Sequence record: NC_015287.1
DNA: 64,000 nt
Strand: one strand, 5' to 3'
The notes beneath the pieces were generated by a model. That model searched no databases, had not been told where the DNA came from, and worked only from the letters and a program-made list of their open reading frames with translations. Within the stretch, counting starts at the first letter, position 1. Each line of letters opens with the position of its first letter. A program made the translations under genes and the position numbers. Below are positions 28,218 through 38,286 of the stretch, piece by piece.

Positions 28218-30718
28218 AATTCTACACTAATGTTTTCCAGATCGGCAACAGTATGCTGGTCAGAGGATACGACAATGGGAGACATTTTAGTGACAGGGAG
28301 GAGTTTCATCCTACCTTTTATGTGCCTACAAAGAAAAGAAGTAAGTGGAAGACCCTTGATGGTCAACGTGTAGAACCAGTAAAACCTGGCACTATCAAAG
28401 ATTGTAGGGAGTTTATTGACAAATATTCTGCTGTTCAAAACTTCAACATCTATGGTAATGAAAGATATGTCCATCAATATATCTCTGAGAATTACCCAGA
28501 AGATGAGATCAAGTTTGACCTGAGCAAAATTAATCTAATCACCATTGACATCGAGGTTGCCGCAGAGAGTGGATTCCCCGATGTTTTTAATTGTGCAGAA
28601 GAATTACTTCTAATCACCGTACAAGATTACAATACCAAAAGAATTACTACCTTCGGATCACGTCCATACCAGACCAATCCGAACAGAAAGAACTACTCAT
28701 ATATTGACTGCCATAACGAGGAAGGTCTGATCTATACATTCCTAGACTGGTGGCAGAAACACACGCCTGAGGTCATTACAGGGTGGAACTGTGAACTGTA
28801 TGATATCCCTTACCTTGTAGGTAGGGTAGAACGACTTATGGGTGAGAAGATGACTAAGAAGTTCTCTCCTTGGGGTGTGGTTCGTAAGAATGAAATCAAG
28901 ATTGCTGGTCGAGATAATATATCATATGATCTGGCAGGCATCTCTATCATTGACTATCTTGATCTATACAAGAAATCCCCTGCAACTCCTAACCAAGAGA
29001 GTTTCCGATTGGATCATATTGCCATGATGGAACTCGGTCAACAGAAGTTGGATCACAGTGAGTTCGATACATTCCGTGAGTTCTATACAAAGAACTGGCA
29101 GAAGTTTGTAGATTACAACATCGTTGACGTGGAACTGGTTGACCGTCTTGAGGATAAACTCAAGTTGATTGATCTATGTTGTACTCGAGCATATGATGCC
29201 AAGATAAACTTTAGTGACGTTGCTTTCCAAGTTCGTACATGGGATGCAATCATCTACAACTATCTCAAGAAGAAAAATATTGTGATCCCACAAAAGGATC
29301 GTAATAAGAAGGATGAAAAGTATGCTGGTGCGTATGTGAAAGAACCTAAGCCTGGTAAGTATGACTGGGTGGTTTCTTTTGACTTGAACTCACTGTATCC
29401 ACACCTCATCATGCAGTACAATATTTCCCCAGAAACACTACAGGAAAAGAAACATCCTAGTGCCACGGTGGAGAAACTTCTCAATCAAGAGATTACCTTT
29501 GAAATGTACAAGGACTATGCAGTTTGTGCTAATGGTGCAATGTTTAGTAAGGAAAAGAAAGGTTTTCTCCCTGAGTTGATGGAGAAGATGTATAACGAAC
29601 GTGTCATCTTCAAGAAGAGGATGATCAAAGCAAAGAAAGCCTATGAAAAAACCCCTACTAAGGAACTGGAAAAAGAGATTGCAAGATGCAACAACGTCCA
29701 AATGTCCAAGAAGATCGCCCTTAATAGTGCTTATGGCGCTATTGGTAATCAATACTTTCGTTATTACAAACTTGCGAACGCAGAGGCCATCACTCTATCT
29801 GGACAGGTATCAATCCGATGGATTGAGAACAAAATGAATAAAAAAATGAATACTATCTTAAAAACGGAGGATAAAGATTATGTTATTGCTAGTGATACTG
29901 ATTCTATCTATTTGCATATGGGTCCTTTGGTTGACCGTGTATACGAAAGCCGAGAAGCGACTACTGAAAGCATCGTCTCGTTCCTTAATAAGGTGTGTGA
30001 AATGGAACTTGAGCCTTATATTGAGAGTTCTTACCAAGAACTGGCCGAATACGTCAACGCCTACGACCAGAAGATGATCATGAAGCGGGAGAATATCGCT
30101 GATCGTGGTATTTGGACTGCAAAGAAAAGATATATTCTCAACGTATGGGATAGTGAGGGTGTGAGATATGAACAGGCAAAACTTAAGATCATGGGTATTG
30201 AAGCAATCAAAACTTCTACCCCTGCACCATGTCGTAAGTTCTTGAAAGATGCTTTCAAACTTTTGATGTCGGGAACAGAAGATGAAGTGATCGACTATAT
30301 TGAAAAGTGTAGGACAGAGTTTAAATCATTACCACCAGAGGAAGTTGCTTTTCCTCGTAGTCTATCAAATGTAGAGAAATGGAAGTCATCCACAGACATG
30401 TATCACAAGGGATGCCCCATCCATGTTCGTGGTGCAATCTTATATAATCACTACACAAAGAAGAAGAAGTTGACTAATAAATATGCTGCTATTCAAAATG
30501 GTGAGAAGATCAAGTTCTGCTACTTGAAGACACCAAATTGGATGCACGAAAATGTTATATCTTTCATTCAAGATTTCCCAACAGAACTTGACCTAGATAA
30601 ACATATTGACTATGAACTACAGTTCAATAAGTCATTTATGGAACCTGTAAAGGTTATCCTTGATTGCATCGGTTGGGAGACCGAACGCAAGAACACACTT
30701 GAATCATTCTTCTCATGA
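28214..30718 (+). CDS. gp43: Family B DNA polymerase
   Basis: Exonuclease DIE, SFDLNSLYP, KIALNSAYG, ASDTDS; 834 aa, uninterrupted. Confidence 0.98.
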   Translation: MKFYTNVFQIGNSMLVRGYDNGRHFSDREEFHPTFYVPTKKRSKWKTLDGQRVEPVKPGTIKDCREFIDKYSAVQNFNIYGNERYVHQYISENYPEDEIKFDLSKINLITIDIEVAAESGFPDVFNCAEELLLITVQDYNTKRITTFGSRPYQTNPNRKNYSYIDCHNEEGLIYTFLDWWQKHTPEVITGWNCELYDIPYLVGRVERLMGEKMTKKFSPWGVVRKNEIKIAGRDNISYDLAGISIIDYLDLYKKSPATPNQESFRLDHIAMMELGQQKLDHSEFDTFREFYTKNWQKFVDYNIVDVELVDRLEDKLKLIDLCCTRAYDAKINFSDVAFQVRTWDAIIYNYLKKKNIVIPQKDRNKKDEKYAGAYVKEPKPGKYDWVVSFDLNSLYPHLIMQYNISPETLQEKKHPSATVEKLLNQEITFEMYKDYAVCANGAMFSKEKKGFLPELMEKMYNERVIFKKRMIKAKKAYEKTPTKELEKEIARCNNVQMSKKIALNSAYGAIGNQYFRYYKLANAEAITLSGQVSIRWIENKMNKKMNTILKTEDKDYVIASDTDSIYLHMGPLVDRVYESREATTESIVSFLNKVCEMELEPYIESSYQELAEYVNAYDQKMIMKRENIADRGIWTAKKRYILNVWDSEGVRYEQAKLKIMGIEAIKTSTPAPCRKFLKDAFKLLMSGTEDEVIDYIEKCRTEFKSLPPEEVAFPRSLSNVEKWKSSTDMYHKGCPIHVRGAILYNHYTKKKKLTNKYAAIQNGEKIKFCYLKTPNWMHENVISFIQDFPTELDLDKHIDYELQFNKSFMEPVKVILDCIGWETERKNTLESFFS

Positions 30719-30879
30719 CACGATACATTGTATGCTGGACAGATGACGGCATATTCTCTGATAGACAGATGAAAGTCTTTGAATCCAGAGACCCTGCCAA
30801 CTGGTTTGCAAAAAGTATAGAAAGAGAGTATAATGATGTTAAAGTATACTTAGCTAGAAAAGGAGAGTTTGATGACTAA
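30715..30879 (+). CDS. Small hypothetical (54 aa, MTRYIVCWTD...)
   Basis: Not in the ORF track; ATGA overlap with gp43. Confidence 0.65.
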   Translation: MTRYIVCWTDDGIFSDRQMKVFESRDPANWFAKSIEREYNDVKVYLARKGEFDD

Positions 30880-31336
30880 GAAGAGAATACTTACTCTAGT
30901 CACAGGCGGTTTTGATCCTCTTCATAGTGGCCACATTGCTTACTTCGAGCAAGCAAAAGATCTTACAAATTACCTAGTAGTGGGGTTGAACACAGAAGAA
31001 TGGTTGACTAAGAAGAAAGGACAATACTTCATGTCATGGAAAGAACGGGCAGAGATCATTCGACATTTAGATGTTGTTGATGCCGTGATCACAGTAGAAG
31101 ATGATGAACACGGTTCTGCTTGCCATGCAATCGAAAGATGTTTAGAGATTGCACAAACCGTAGTCTTTGCCAATGGTGGAGACAGAGGATCAGATAACAC
31201 ACCAGAGATGGATAAGTTTGGTAATGATCCTAGAGTTGAAATGGAGTTCGGTGTCGGAGGAACTGATAAGAAAAATAGTAGTTCATGGTTGCTTCATAAC
31301 TACTTTGAGAGACAACGAAAAATTGTAGGTATCTAA
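30869..31336 (+). CDS. Cytidylyltransferase-like (HIGH motif; TagD/RfaE-II-like)
   Basis: VTGGFDPLHSGH, VVGLN, ERAEII, FANGGDR. Confidence 0.85.
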   Translation: MMTKKRILTLVTGGFDPLHSGHIAYFEQAKDLTNYLVVGLNTEEWLTKKKGQYFMSWKERAEIIRHLDVVDAVITVEDDEHGSACHAIERCLEIAQTVVFANGGDRGSDNTPEMDKFGNDPRVEMEFGVGGTDKKNSSSWLLHNYFERQRKIVGI

Positions 31337-31419
31337 TGAATAACATAGGATTAGAAGTTGTATTCTGGACAGTATTGTCAATGTATCTTTTAGTCAGACT
31401 TGGAGTTTTCAAGAAATGA
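31336..31419 (+). CDS. 27-aa hydrophobic peptide
   Basis: TAATG and ATGA coupling on both sides; MNNIGLEVVFWTVLSMYLLVRLGVFKK. Confidence 0.5.
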   Translation: MNNIGLEVVFWTVLSMYLLVRLGVFKK

Positions 31420-31562
31420 ATTGCTGGCATTGCAATACTGAACTTATATGGGGAGGGGACAATGATTGTCCCTTTGCAGAGGAGTATAGTTTCGTAACTA
31501 ATCTCCACTGCCCCAAGTGTGATTCTTACGTTGAAGTTTATTATCCAAAGAAAGATGAGTGA
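31416..31562 (+). CDS. 48-aa zinc-ribbon protein
   Basis: CWHC...CPKC pairs; not in the ORF track. Confidence 0.7.
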   Translation: MNCWHCNTELIWGGDNDCPFAEEYSFVTNLHCPKCDSYVEVYYPKKDE

Positions 31563-32214
31563 CATATCTTGGGAAGGGTTTGAATTACCCAATCTCCCAT
31601 TGTATAGAACTAAACTTAATGATAAGTGGATGACTTATCTTTGGTCTGTGGTTAAACAGGCGGAGAAGGATAATGTCAACAATAGTAACGATTACAGTTA
31701 TAGACTTGCTGGAAATATATCTGGCAGTTTGGGATTGAAAGATGTAGATCATGTATTCAAAAATGAAGTTGTAGGTCCTTTGACACAACAACTATTGGAT
31801 GAAGACCCAAAGCATTACTTTCCTCCCATAGATCTTGACCCACGTTTAGATCTGAAGTATAAACCAGAATTTAGATTGAATTGGTGGGTAAACTACCAAT
31901 ATGCAACTGAGTTCAATCCAGAACATGCTCACACAGGCATCACATCATTTGTGATCTGGATGAAGATCCCCACACATTATAAGGATCAACACAACCTACC
32001 GTTCCATTCCAAAGCTGCATCTGATTTTCAGTTTACATACAATGATATTCTAGGGAATACTGTTGAGTATCCCATCTTCATGAGTCCAGAAATGGAAGGC
32101 ACATTGATGTTATTCCCTTCGAGTTTGCATCATCAAGTGTATCCATTCTATAACACAGAAGAACCAAGAATATCAATCGCTGGTAATTTATTGTGGTCCA
32201 TGGTAGAATTATAA
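31555..32214 (+). CDS. 2OG-Fe(II) oxygenase-like protein (HxH type)
   Basis: FNPEHAH, LFPSSLHHQVYP, RISIAGN. Confidence 0.8.
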   Translation: MSDISWEGFELPNLPLYRTKLNDKWMTYLWSVVKQAEKDNVNNSNDYSYRLAGNISGSLGLKDVDHVFKNEVVGPLTQQLLDEDPKHYFPPIDLDPRLDLKYKPEFRLNWWVNYQYATEFNPEHAHTGITSFVIWMKIPTHYKDQHNLPFHSKAASDFQFTYNDILGNTVEYPIFMSPEMEGTLMLFPSSLHHQVYPFYNTEEPRISIAGNLLWSMVEL

Positions 32215-32229
32215 TAGAAGTGAATCATT

Positions 32230-33231
32230 ATGGATTTTTTAAAAGAAATAGTAAAAGAGATAGGAGATGAGTACACCCAACTCGCCTCAGAGGCAGAATC
32301 CACTGAAGAATATGTGGACACAGGTTCGTACATTTTTAACGGGCTTGTATCAGGCAGTATATTTGGTGGTGTATCTAGGAACAAGATTACTGCTATTGCT
32401 GGCGAAAGCTCTACTGGAAAGACTTTTTTCAGCCTCGCTGTCGTTAAAAATTTCCTTGACAGTAACCCTGATGGGTATTGCCTATATTTTGATACTGAAG
32501 CTGCTGTCAACAGGGGACTTCTTGAGTCTAGAGGAATTGATCTCGAAAGGCTCGTTGTTGTCAATGTGGTAACTATTGAGGAGTTTAGATCAAAGGCACT
32601 TAGAGCAGTTGATATATACCTCAAGACAGAGGAAGGTAATCGCAAACCTTGTATGTTTGTTCTTGATTCTCTTGGTATGCTTTCTACCGAGAAAGAGATC
32701 CGAGATGCACTAGATGATAAACAAGTTCGTGACATGACCAAATCACAACTTGTCAAAGGTGCGTTCCGTATGCTTACCTTGAAACTTGGTCAAGCAAACA
32801 TCCCACTTATAGTTACAAATCACACCTATGATGTCATCGGATCATACGTTCCCACCAAAGAAATGGGCGGAGGCAGCGGTCTCAAGTATGCAGCAAGCAC
32901 GATCATTTATCTCAGCAAAGCTAAAGAAAAGGAAGGAACAGAAGTCGTTGGAAATATTATTAAAGCTAAGACAGCAAAGTCGCGTCTGAGTAAAGAAAAT
33001 AAGGAAGTCAAGATCAGACTTTACTATGATGAACGTGGTTTGGATAGATATTATGGTCTCTTAGAACTTGGTGAACTTGGAGGACTTTGGAAGAATGTCG
33101 CAGGCAGATACGAAATCGACGGCAAAAAAGTCTACGCAAAGAAAATATTGGCTTCCCCCGAAGAATATTTCACTGACGAGGTTATGGCAAAGTTGGAGGA
33201 GATTGCAGGGGAGACCTTTAGCTATGGATAA
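32230..33231 (+). CDS. uvsX: RecA-like recombinase
   Basis: AGESSTGKT, FDTE, VLDSLGML, MGGGSGLKY. Confidence 0.95.
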   Translation: MDFLKEIVKEIGDEYTQLASEAESTEEYVDTGSYIFNGLVSGSIFGGVSRNKITAIAGESSTGKTFFSLAVVKNFLDSNPDGYCLYFDTEAAVNRGLLESRGIDLERLVVVNVVTIEEFRSKALRAVDIYLKTEEGNRKPCMFVLDSLGMLSTEKEIRDALDDKQVRDMTKSQLVKGAFRMLTLKLGQANIPLIVTNHTYDVIGSYVPTKEMGGGSGLKYAASTIIYLSKAKEKEGTEVVGNIIKAKTAKSRLSKENKEVKIRLYYDERGLDRYYGLLELGELGGLWKNVAGRYEIDGKKVYAKKILASPEEYFTDEVMAKLEEIAGETFSYG

Positions 33232-33766
33232 ATTCATCAAGACCTATGAGGTTTTTGATGAAACACTATGCCAATCTATTATAGAAATATTTGAAACCTC
33301 TCAACAACAGAGGGTGGATAATGCTGGTGTGCCTAACTTTACTCAGGTCAATATAAACTCTAGTGGTAAGTATGGTAAGTTCGTAAAGTTATTGTGTTAT
33401 AAAACTGTAGATATTTTAAAGAAATATAAGAAAGATCTGCCAGAATATATTGAGTGGTTTCCTGATAAGTTTTACTTTGAAGAGTTTAGAATCAAAAAAT
33501 ATAATCCAGGCAAAGTAGATCAGTTTGGATTGCATACTGATGTTCAAGATCATATGACTGCGAAGAGATATCTTGCTTTCCTATTCTATCTTAATGATGA
33601 TTTTGTAGGAGGAGAGACTGATTTTCCTTACAATGAATTGACAGTTACGCCTGAAACTGGTAAAGTGTTAGTATTCCCTCCTACATGGCAGTATCCACAT
33701 AGAGGATTGCATGTCAAGGGCGGATCACCAAAGTATATCATGAGTACATATCTTCATTATCAATGA
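33224..33766 (+). CDS. 2OG-Fe(II) oxygenase (prolyl-4-hydroxylase-like)
   Basis: HTD, YLNDDFVGGET, FPPTWQYPHRG, KY. Confidence 0.85.
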   Translation: MDKFIKTYEVFDETLCQSIIEIFETSQQQRVDNAGVPNFTQVNINSSGKYGKFVKLLCYKTVDILKKYKKDLPEYIEWFPDKFYFEEFRIKKYNPGKVDQFGLHTDVQDHMTAKRYLAFLFYLNDDFVGGETDFPYNELTVTPETGKVLVFPPTWQYPHRGLHVKGGSPKYIMSTYLHYQ

Positions 33767-35148
33767 TTGAAACTATTGAAAATACCATCATCAAGAATCT
33801 TATCTGTAATGAGGAATATACTAGGAAGGTTCTTCCTTTCTTAAAACCAGATTACTTTGACAAAGCACATGAGAAGATAATTTTTGATGAGTGTGCCAAG
33901 TTTATTGTACAGTATGATAAATGTCCTACTATAGAGATTCTTTCTATTGAATGTGAGAAGAGGAAAGATATTAATGATGATACTTACAAAGAAATTCTAG
34001 ATTATCTCAAGCAAACAAGTCAGACTGAAGAGAACGTAGATGATTGGCTGATAGATACTACAGAGAAATGGTGTAAAGAAAGAGCAATCTATCTTGCACT
34101 GGTCGAAAGTATCTCTATTGCAGATGGACATGATATCAAGAAAGGTGTTGATGCTATCCCTGCTATCCTATCAGATGCACTTGCTGTTGGGTTTGATAAT
34201 CATGTTGGACACGATTACCTAGAAGACTATGAGGAGAGATTTGACTTCTACCACAAGAAGGAGGACAGAATCGAGTTTGACCTCGAATTTTTCAACAAGA
34301 TTACAAAGGGTGGCCTTCCAAATAAAACACTCAATATTGCTCTCGCTGGCACTGGTGTTGGTAAGTCTTTGTTTATGTGTCATGTCGCAAGCAGTGTGTT
34401 ACTCCAAGGCAAGAACGTATTATACATCACGCTTGAGATGGCTGAGGAGAAAATTGCTGAGAGAATTGATGCTAATCTTTTAAACATTCCTGTACAACAG
34501 TTGACGGATATTCCTCGTCAGATGTTTGAGAGTAAAGTTACTAAACTATCAGAGAAAACTCAAGGTAGTCTTATCATCAAAGAATATCCTACTGCTGCTG
34601 CACACTCAGGACATTTCAAAGGTTTGTTGAATGAACTTGCACTCAAGAAATCTTTTAAACCACATATCATTTTCATTGACTACTTAAATATATGTGCATC
34701 CTCTCGTTATAGAGCTGGTTCCAATGTCAACTCATATTCCTACATCAAAGCAATCGCTGAAGAACTTAGAGGTCTTGCAGTCGAAACAGATGTCCCTATT
34801 GTATCAGCGACTCAAACCACTCGTAGTGGGTATTCTAACAGTGACGTTGATCTTACAGATACCTCTGAGTCATTCGGTCTTCCCGCTACTGCCGACCTTA
34901 TGTTTGCTCTTATTTCTACAGAAGAATTAGAGGAAGTAAATCAGATCATGGTCAAACAGTTGAAGAATAGATACAATGATCTGAACAGAAACAAGAGATT
35001 TGTGATTGGTATTGATCGTTCAAAGATGAAACTATATGACTGTGACCAGAGTGCTCAGGATGATATAGTTGACAGTGGACAAGAAGAAGAGTATAATAAT
35101 GACGAATCTAAAAAGATTAAAAACAAGTTCGCAAAGTTGACATTCTAA
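33763..35148 (+). CDS. gp41: Replicative DnaB-like helicase
   Basis: AGTGVGKS, IFIDYL, SATQTTR, QLKNRY. Confidence 0.96.
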   Translation: MIETIENTIIKNLICNEEYTRKVLPFLKPDYFDKAHEKIIFDECAKFIVQYDKCPTIEILSIECEKRKDINDDTYKEILDYLKQTSQTEENVDDWLIDTTEKWCKERAIYLALVESISIADGHDIKKGVDAIPAILSDALAVGFDNHVGHDYLEDYEERFDFYHKKEDRIEFDLEFFNKITKGGLPNKTLNIALAGTGVGKSLFMCHVASSVLLQGKNVLYITLEMAEEKIAERIDANLLNIPVQQLTDIPRQMFESKVTKLSEKTQGSLIIKEYPTAAAHSGHFKGLLNELALKKSFKPHIIFIDYLNICASSRYRAGSNVNSYSYIKAIAEELRGLAVETDVPIVSATQTTRSGYSNSDVDLTDTSESFGLPATADLMFALISTEELEEVNQIMVKQLKNRYNDLNRNKRFVIGIDRSKMKLYDCDQSAQDDIVDSGQEEEYNNDESKKIKNKFAKLTF

Positions 35149-35552
35149 TGACTATTGATTTTAAAAGGTACGAAACATTCGTAGATGCCGTAACCTCTGA
35201 CGCTTCAAAGGACTTTGTTAATCTCGCTGACCGTATGGTTGAGTTGGATGGACAGGGTGCGAACATTGAAAGGCTTTTGACCTCTGCGGTTGGTATGTCC
35301 GCCGAAGCTGGTGAGTTCACTGAGATTGTAAAGAAGATGGTGTTTCAAGGAAAACCTTGGAACGGAGCAAACAAACATCATCTTATCACAGAACTGGGTG
35401 ATATCATGTGGTATGTAGCAAATGCTTGTATGGCATTGGATGTATCATTTGATGATGTAATCGCAACCAATGTTAAGAAACTGGAAAAGAGATATCCTGG
35501 CGGTAGTTTTGATGTATTCTATTCCGAGAATAGACAGGAGGGAGACCTCTAA
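35148..35552 (+). CDS. mazG: MazG-type nucleotide pyrophosphohydrolase
   Basis: EAGEF.E.VKK and ELGDIMWY. Confidence 0.92.
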   Translation: MTIDFKRYETFVDAVTSDASKDFVNLADRMVELDGQGANIERLLTSAVGMSAEAGEFTEIVKKMVFQGKPWNGANKHHLITELGDIMWYVANACMALDVSFDDVIATNVKKLEKRYPGGSFDVFYSENRQEGDL

Positions 35553-35555
35553 ATA
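35549..35555 (+). promoter_or_regulatory. Late promoter variant CTAAATA
   Basis: TAAATA core overlapping the mazG stop. Confidence 0.5.
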
Positions 35556-35568
35556 GTATCAAAAACTC

Positions 35569-36828
35569 ATGGCTAGATCTGCTGAAGAAGTATTAGAACT
35601 CAATCAGATTTTACAAGAGATAAACATTCCCGATAGGGATGTATCTGTCAAGGGTGCAACTTCTAAACAAGTTACCTATGTTGTAAAATCTAATGATAGA
35701 GATGGCACTAAAGCTGCCGTAGAGTCTTTGATATCTAGATTGGGTAGAGTATATAACGAACAAAGATCTATTAGTTCCATTCCTGTGTCCTGTGTGAGGA
35801 TGAGTGATGGAACTATTTTGACGTTTATATACAAACCAAAAACAGGTGGAATGTCAATGACAACATTGAACTCCTCCATCACAGAACTGTTTCCATGTAT
35901 TGCTTTTATGAATGGTATCAGTCCTAACTTGTCAGTCAGAGATTTTTATCAAGCAGTTAGAAACGCCAATAGCCCTTCTGGTGGATACTATCTCACATCA
36001 CAGGATGCACTTGCTGGAAAGAAATTTATAGATCAAGCGGAGACTGGTTCGTTCCAAACAAAAGTTACTAATGCAAAAAATATAACTAAGTGGTTGTTAT
36101 CTCATAATTCAAAACATCCTATCTCTCAATGTTACTGGGGATACCGAGCAAAACCAAGTGGTGTGGAGGGAAGTCATCCTGGCGATATTTTTATTCAGTA
36201 TAGAAATGGTGGTATGTTAGGTATTAGTTTGAAGGCTGGAACTGCCAAGTCTGCCGAACCCAAACTGAATACATATGTGAAACCTATCTTTGATTTCTTT
36301 GGTGAACAGAACAGATATAATGCAATCAAAGATAGATTGTGGCCACAGTATGAATCTATAGAAGGTATCGAAGCATCTGATAAAGCTTTTTGGGGAACAT
36401 CAAGGTTGGCAGTCAAGACCTTTGAGTTTGAAAAGGAGAACGAGGCAGAATATAATAGGTTGTATGATATAAATTTGGGTATTGTAAGAGAAGAATTAAT
36501 CAATCTCTTCAATGGTAATTTTACCATGGCTAAAAAGTACATCACTCAGAAGATTGCATACTCTGGTTTTAGAACTCCAGCAATAACAATCAAAGCAACT
36601 GAGACTGATGCTAGTTTGGATAATACTAATGAAAAACTCTCTGCGGCCTTGTCTGCTGTTACAAGTGTAAGGGCATCAGTAGGTAGTGGTAAACAGGATT
36701 TTAATATTATGTTGAGTGATGGTTCAGTCATGTCAATGGCTTTTACTACTAGAACTAATAAAGTAGGTGCAATGCACAAATTAGGTCAGTTCCAAAACCT
36801 TGCTGTTAAATTTAACAAAATATCTTAA
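35569..36828 (+). CDS. Hypothetical, possible PD-(D/E)xK nuclease
   Basis: HPGDIFIQ...GISLK pattern. Confidence 0.55.
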   Translation: MARSAEEVLELNQILQEINIPDRDVSVKGATSKQVTYVVKSNDRDGTKAAVESLISRLGRVYNEQRSISSIPVSCVRMSDGTILTFIYKPKTGGMSMTTLNSSITELFPCIAFMNGISPNLSVRDFYQAVRNANSPSGGYYLTSQDALAGKKFIDQAETGSFQTKVTNAKNITKWLLSHNSKHPISQCYWGYRAKPSGVEGSHPGDIFIQYRNGGMLGISLKAGTAKSAEPKLNTYVKPIFDFFGEQNRYNAIKDRLWPQYESIEGIEASDKAFWGTSRLAVKTFEFEKENEAEYNRLYDINLGIVREELINLFNGNFTMAKKYITQKIAYSGFRTPAITIKATETDASLDNTNEKLSAALSAVTSVRASVGSGKQDFNIMLSDGSVMSMAFTTRTNKVGAMHKLGQFQNLAVKFNKIS

Positions 36829-36832
36829 TAGG

Positions 36833-36839
36833 ATAAATA
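36833..36839 (+). promoter_or_regulatory. Late promoter ATAAATA
   Basis: Intergenic, about 25 nt upstream of the GTG start. Confidence 0.6.
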
Positions 36840-36864
36840 AAACTGTAATCGTCTACTGAATTTT

Positions 36865-38247
36865 GTGAAATCCTTCGGTCAATTTTTAACAGAAGCTGTC
36901 AAGACTGCCGCCTCCACTGAAGCCAAACTAAAGGGCTTGAAGGGAGATGGTCATGGCGGATGGTATGATGCAAAGGGTAATTTTGTAGCTAAGACTGTTA
37001 ACGGTAAACTTCAATACACAGGAGGAAAAGGTGCGGCCGAGACTGAAGATCCTAAATCTACTAAGGTGGCCACGCCTGAGAAACCTACTGCAAAGAAGAA
37101 AGCACCTGTTGCAACTCCCTCTGCTACCAAGTCCCAACAACCAGCAGACCCTGCCCCTGATGCTAGGAAGGCTCCAGAGCCAGGTGATGCACAAACACAG
37201 TCGGCGGAAGTTATGGGGATGCCTACGAGTGAGGGTGCGGTAATTGTATTTGGTAGATTCAACCCACCAACAGTAGGACACGAAAAGTTATTAAAGAAAG
37301 CTCAGTCAGAGGCAAGCAGATTGAAGTATGACTTGAAGATATATCCAAGTCGTAGTGTAGATGCTAAGAAGAATCCTCTACAGCCTGGTGCGAAGATAGA
37401 ATATATGAGGAAGATGTTCCCTGATTATGGGGATAGTATCAAGGATGATCCTAATGGAAGAACCATCTTTGATGTTCTTGGTGCTTGTTTCAATCTGGGA
37501 TATAAAGGAGTAACAATAGTTGTAGGACAGGATAGACTCTCTGAGTTCCAGAGTCTTGCACAGAAATATAATGGTGACTTGTATGATTTTGAAGATCTTC
37601 AAGTCATATCCGCTGGTGCAAGAGACCCAGACGCAGAGGGAATTGAGGGTATGTCTGCATCTAAGATGAGAGATGCTGCTGCCAAAGATGACTTTAAAGC
37701 ATTTGCAAAGGGTATCCCCAACTTAGGTAACATGGAGAAGAAGAATCTCTTCAACCTTCTCAAGAAGTCAATGGGAGTAACCCAAGATCAACTTGCAAAT
37801 GGTTCTAAAAGAATCAGACCCGCTCTAGAAACATGGCAGTATGCACCTAAGTTAGATCCATTTGGACTAAGGATTGCATATCTGAAAGAAGAGTGTTTCA
37901 AAGTAGGAACTTTAGTAGAGAATGTAAATACTGGAGTGAGAGGTAGAATTATTAGGAGAGGTGCGAATCATGTTATCGTACAAACTCCAGAGTCTACCAT
38001 GTTTAAGTCATGGTTGAGAGACCTGACAGAGGCATATGATGTAGGCACTGATGAGTATAGACAATACATGCAGAGAATGACACCAGGCCAAGGTGATAAG
38101 AAGTGGAATAATGATCCAATTATCAAACCAATTACCACTGGATCTTACTATGATGGTAAGAAGGTCAAGAATCCCAATGACCCTGCTAGTGGACCTGGCA
38201 CAAAGTATAATGATACATCTATACCTTATAAGGTTGGAAAGGGATAA
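36865..38247 (+). CDS. HIGH-motif nucleotidyltransferase (cytidylyl/NMNAT-like) with extended N-terminus
   Basis: FGRFNPPTVGH, VVGQDR, MSASKMR; N-terminus MKSFGQFLTEA. Confidence 0.8.
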   Translation: MKSFGQFLTEAVKTAASTEAKLKGLKGDGHGGWYDAKGNFVAKTVNGKLQYTGGKGAAETEDPKSTKVATPEKPTAKKKAPVATPSATKSQQPADPAPDARKAPEPGDAQTQSAEVMGMPTSEGAVIVFGRFNPPTVGHEKLLKKAQSEASRLKYDLKIYPSRSVDAKKNPLQPGAKIEYMRKMFPDYGDSIKDDPNGRTIFDVLGACFNLGYKGVTIVVGQDRLSEFQSLAQKYNGDLYDFEDLQVISAGARDPDAEGIEGMSASKMRDAAAKDDFKAFAKGIPNLGNMEKKNLFNLLKKSMGVTQDQLANGSKRIRPALETWQYAPKLDPFGLRIAYLKEECFKVGTLVENVNTGVRGRIIRRGANHVIVQTPESTMFKSWLRDLTEAYDVGTDEYRQYMQRMTPGQGDKKWNNDPIIKPITTGSYYDGKKVKNPNDPASGPGTKYNDTSIPYKVGKG

Positions 38248-38250
38248 ATA
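38244..38250 (+). promoter_or_regulatory. Late promoter ATAAATA
   Basis: At the gene end, upstream of the 38287 ORF. Confidence 0.55.
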
Positions 38251-38286
38251 AGGATAGATCAAAGAATCTCTAATTTTTTTACTATC

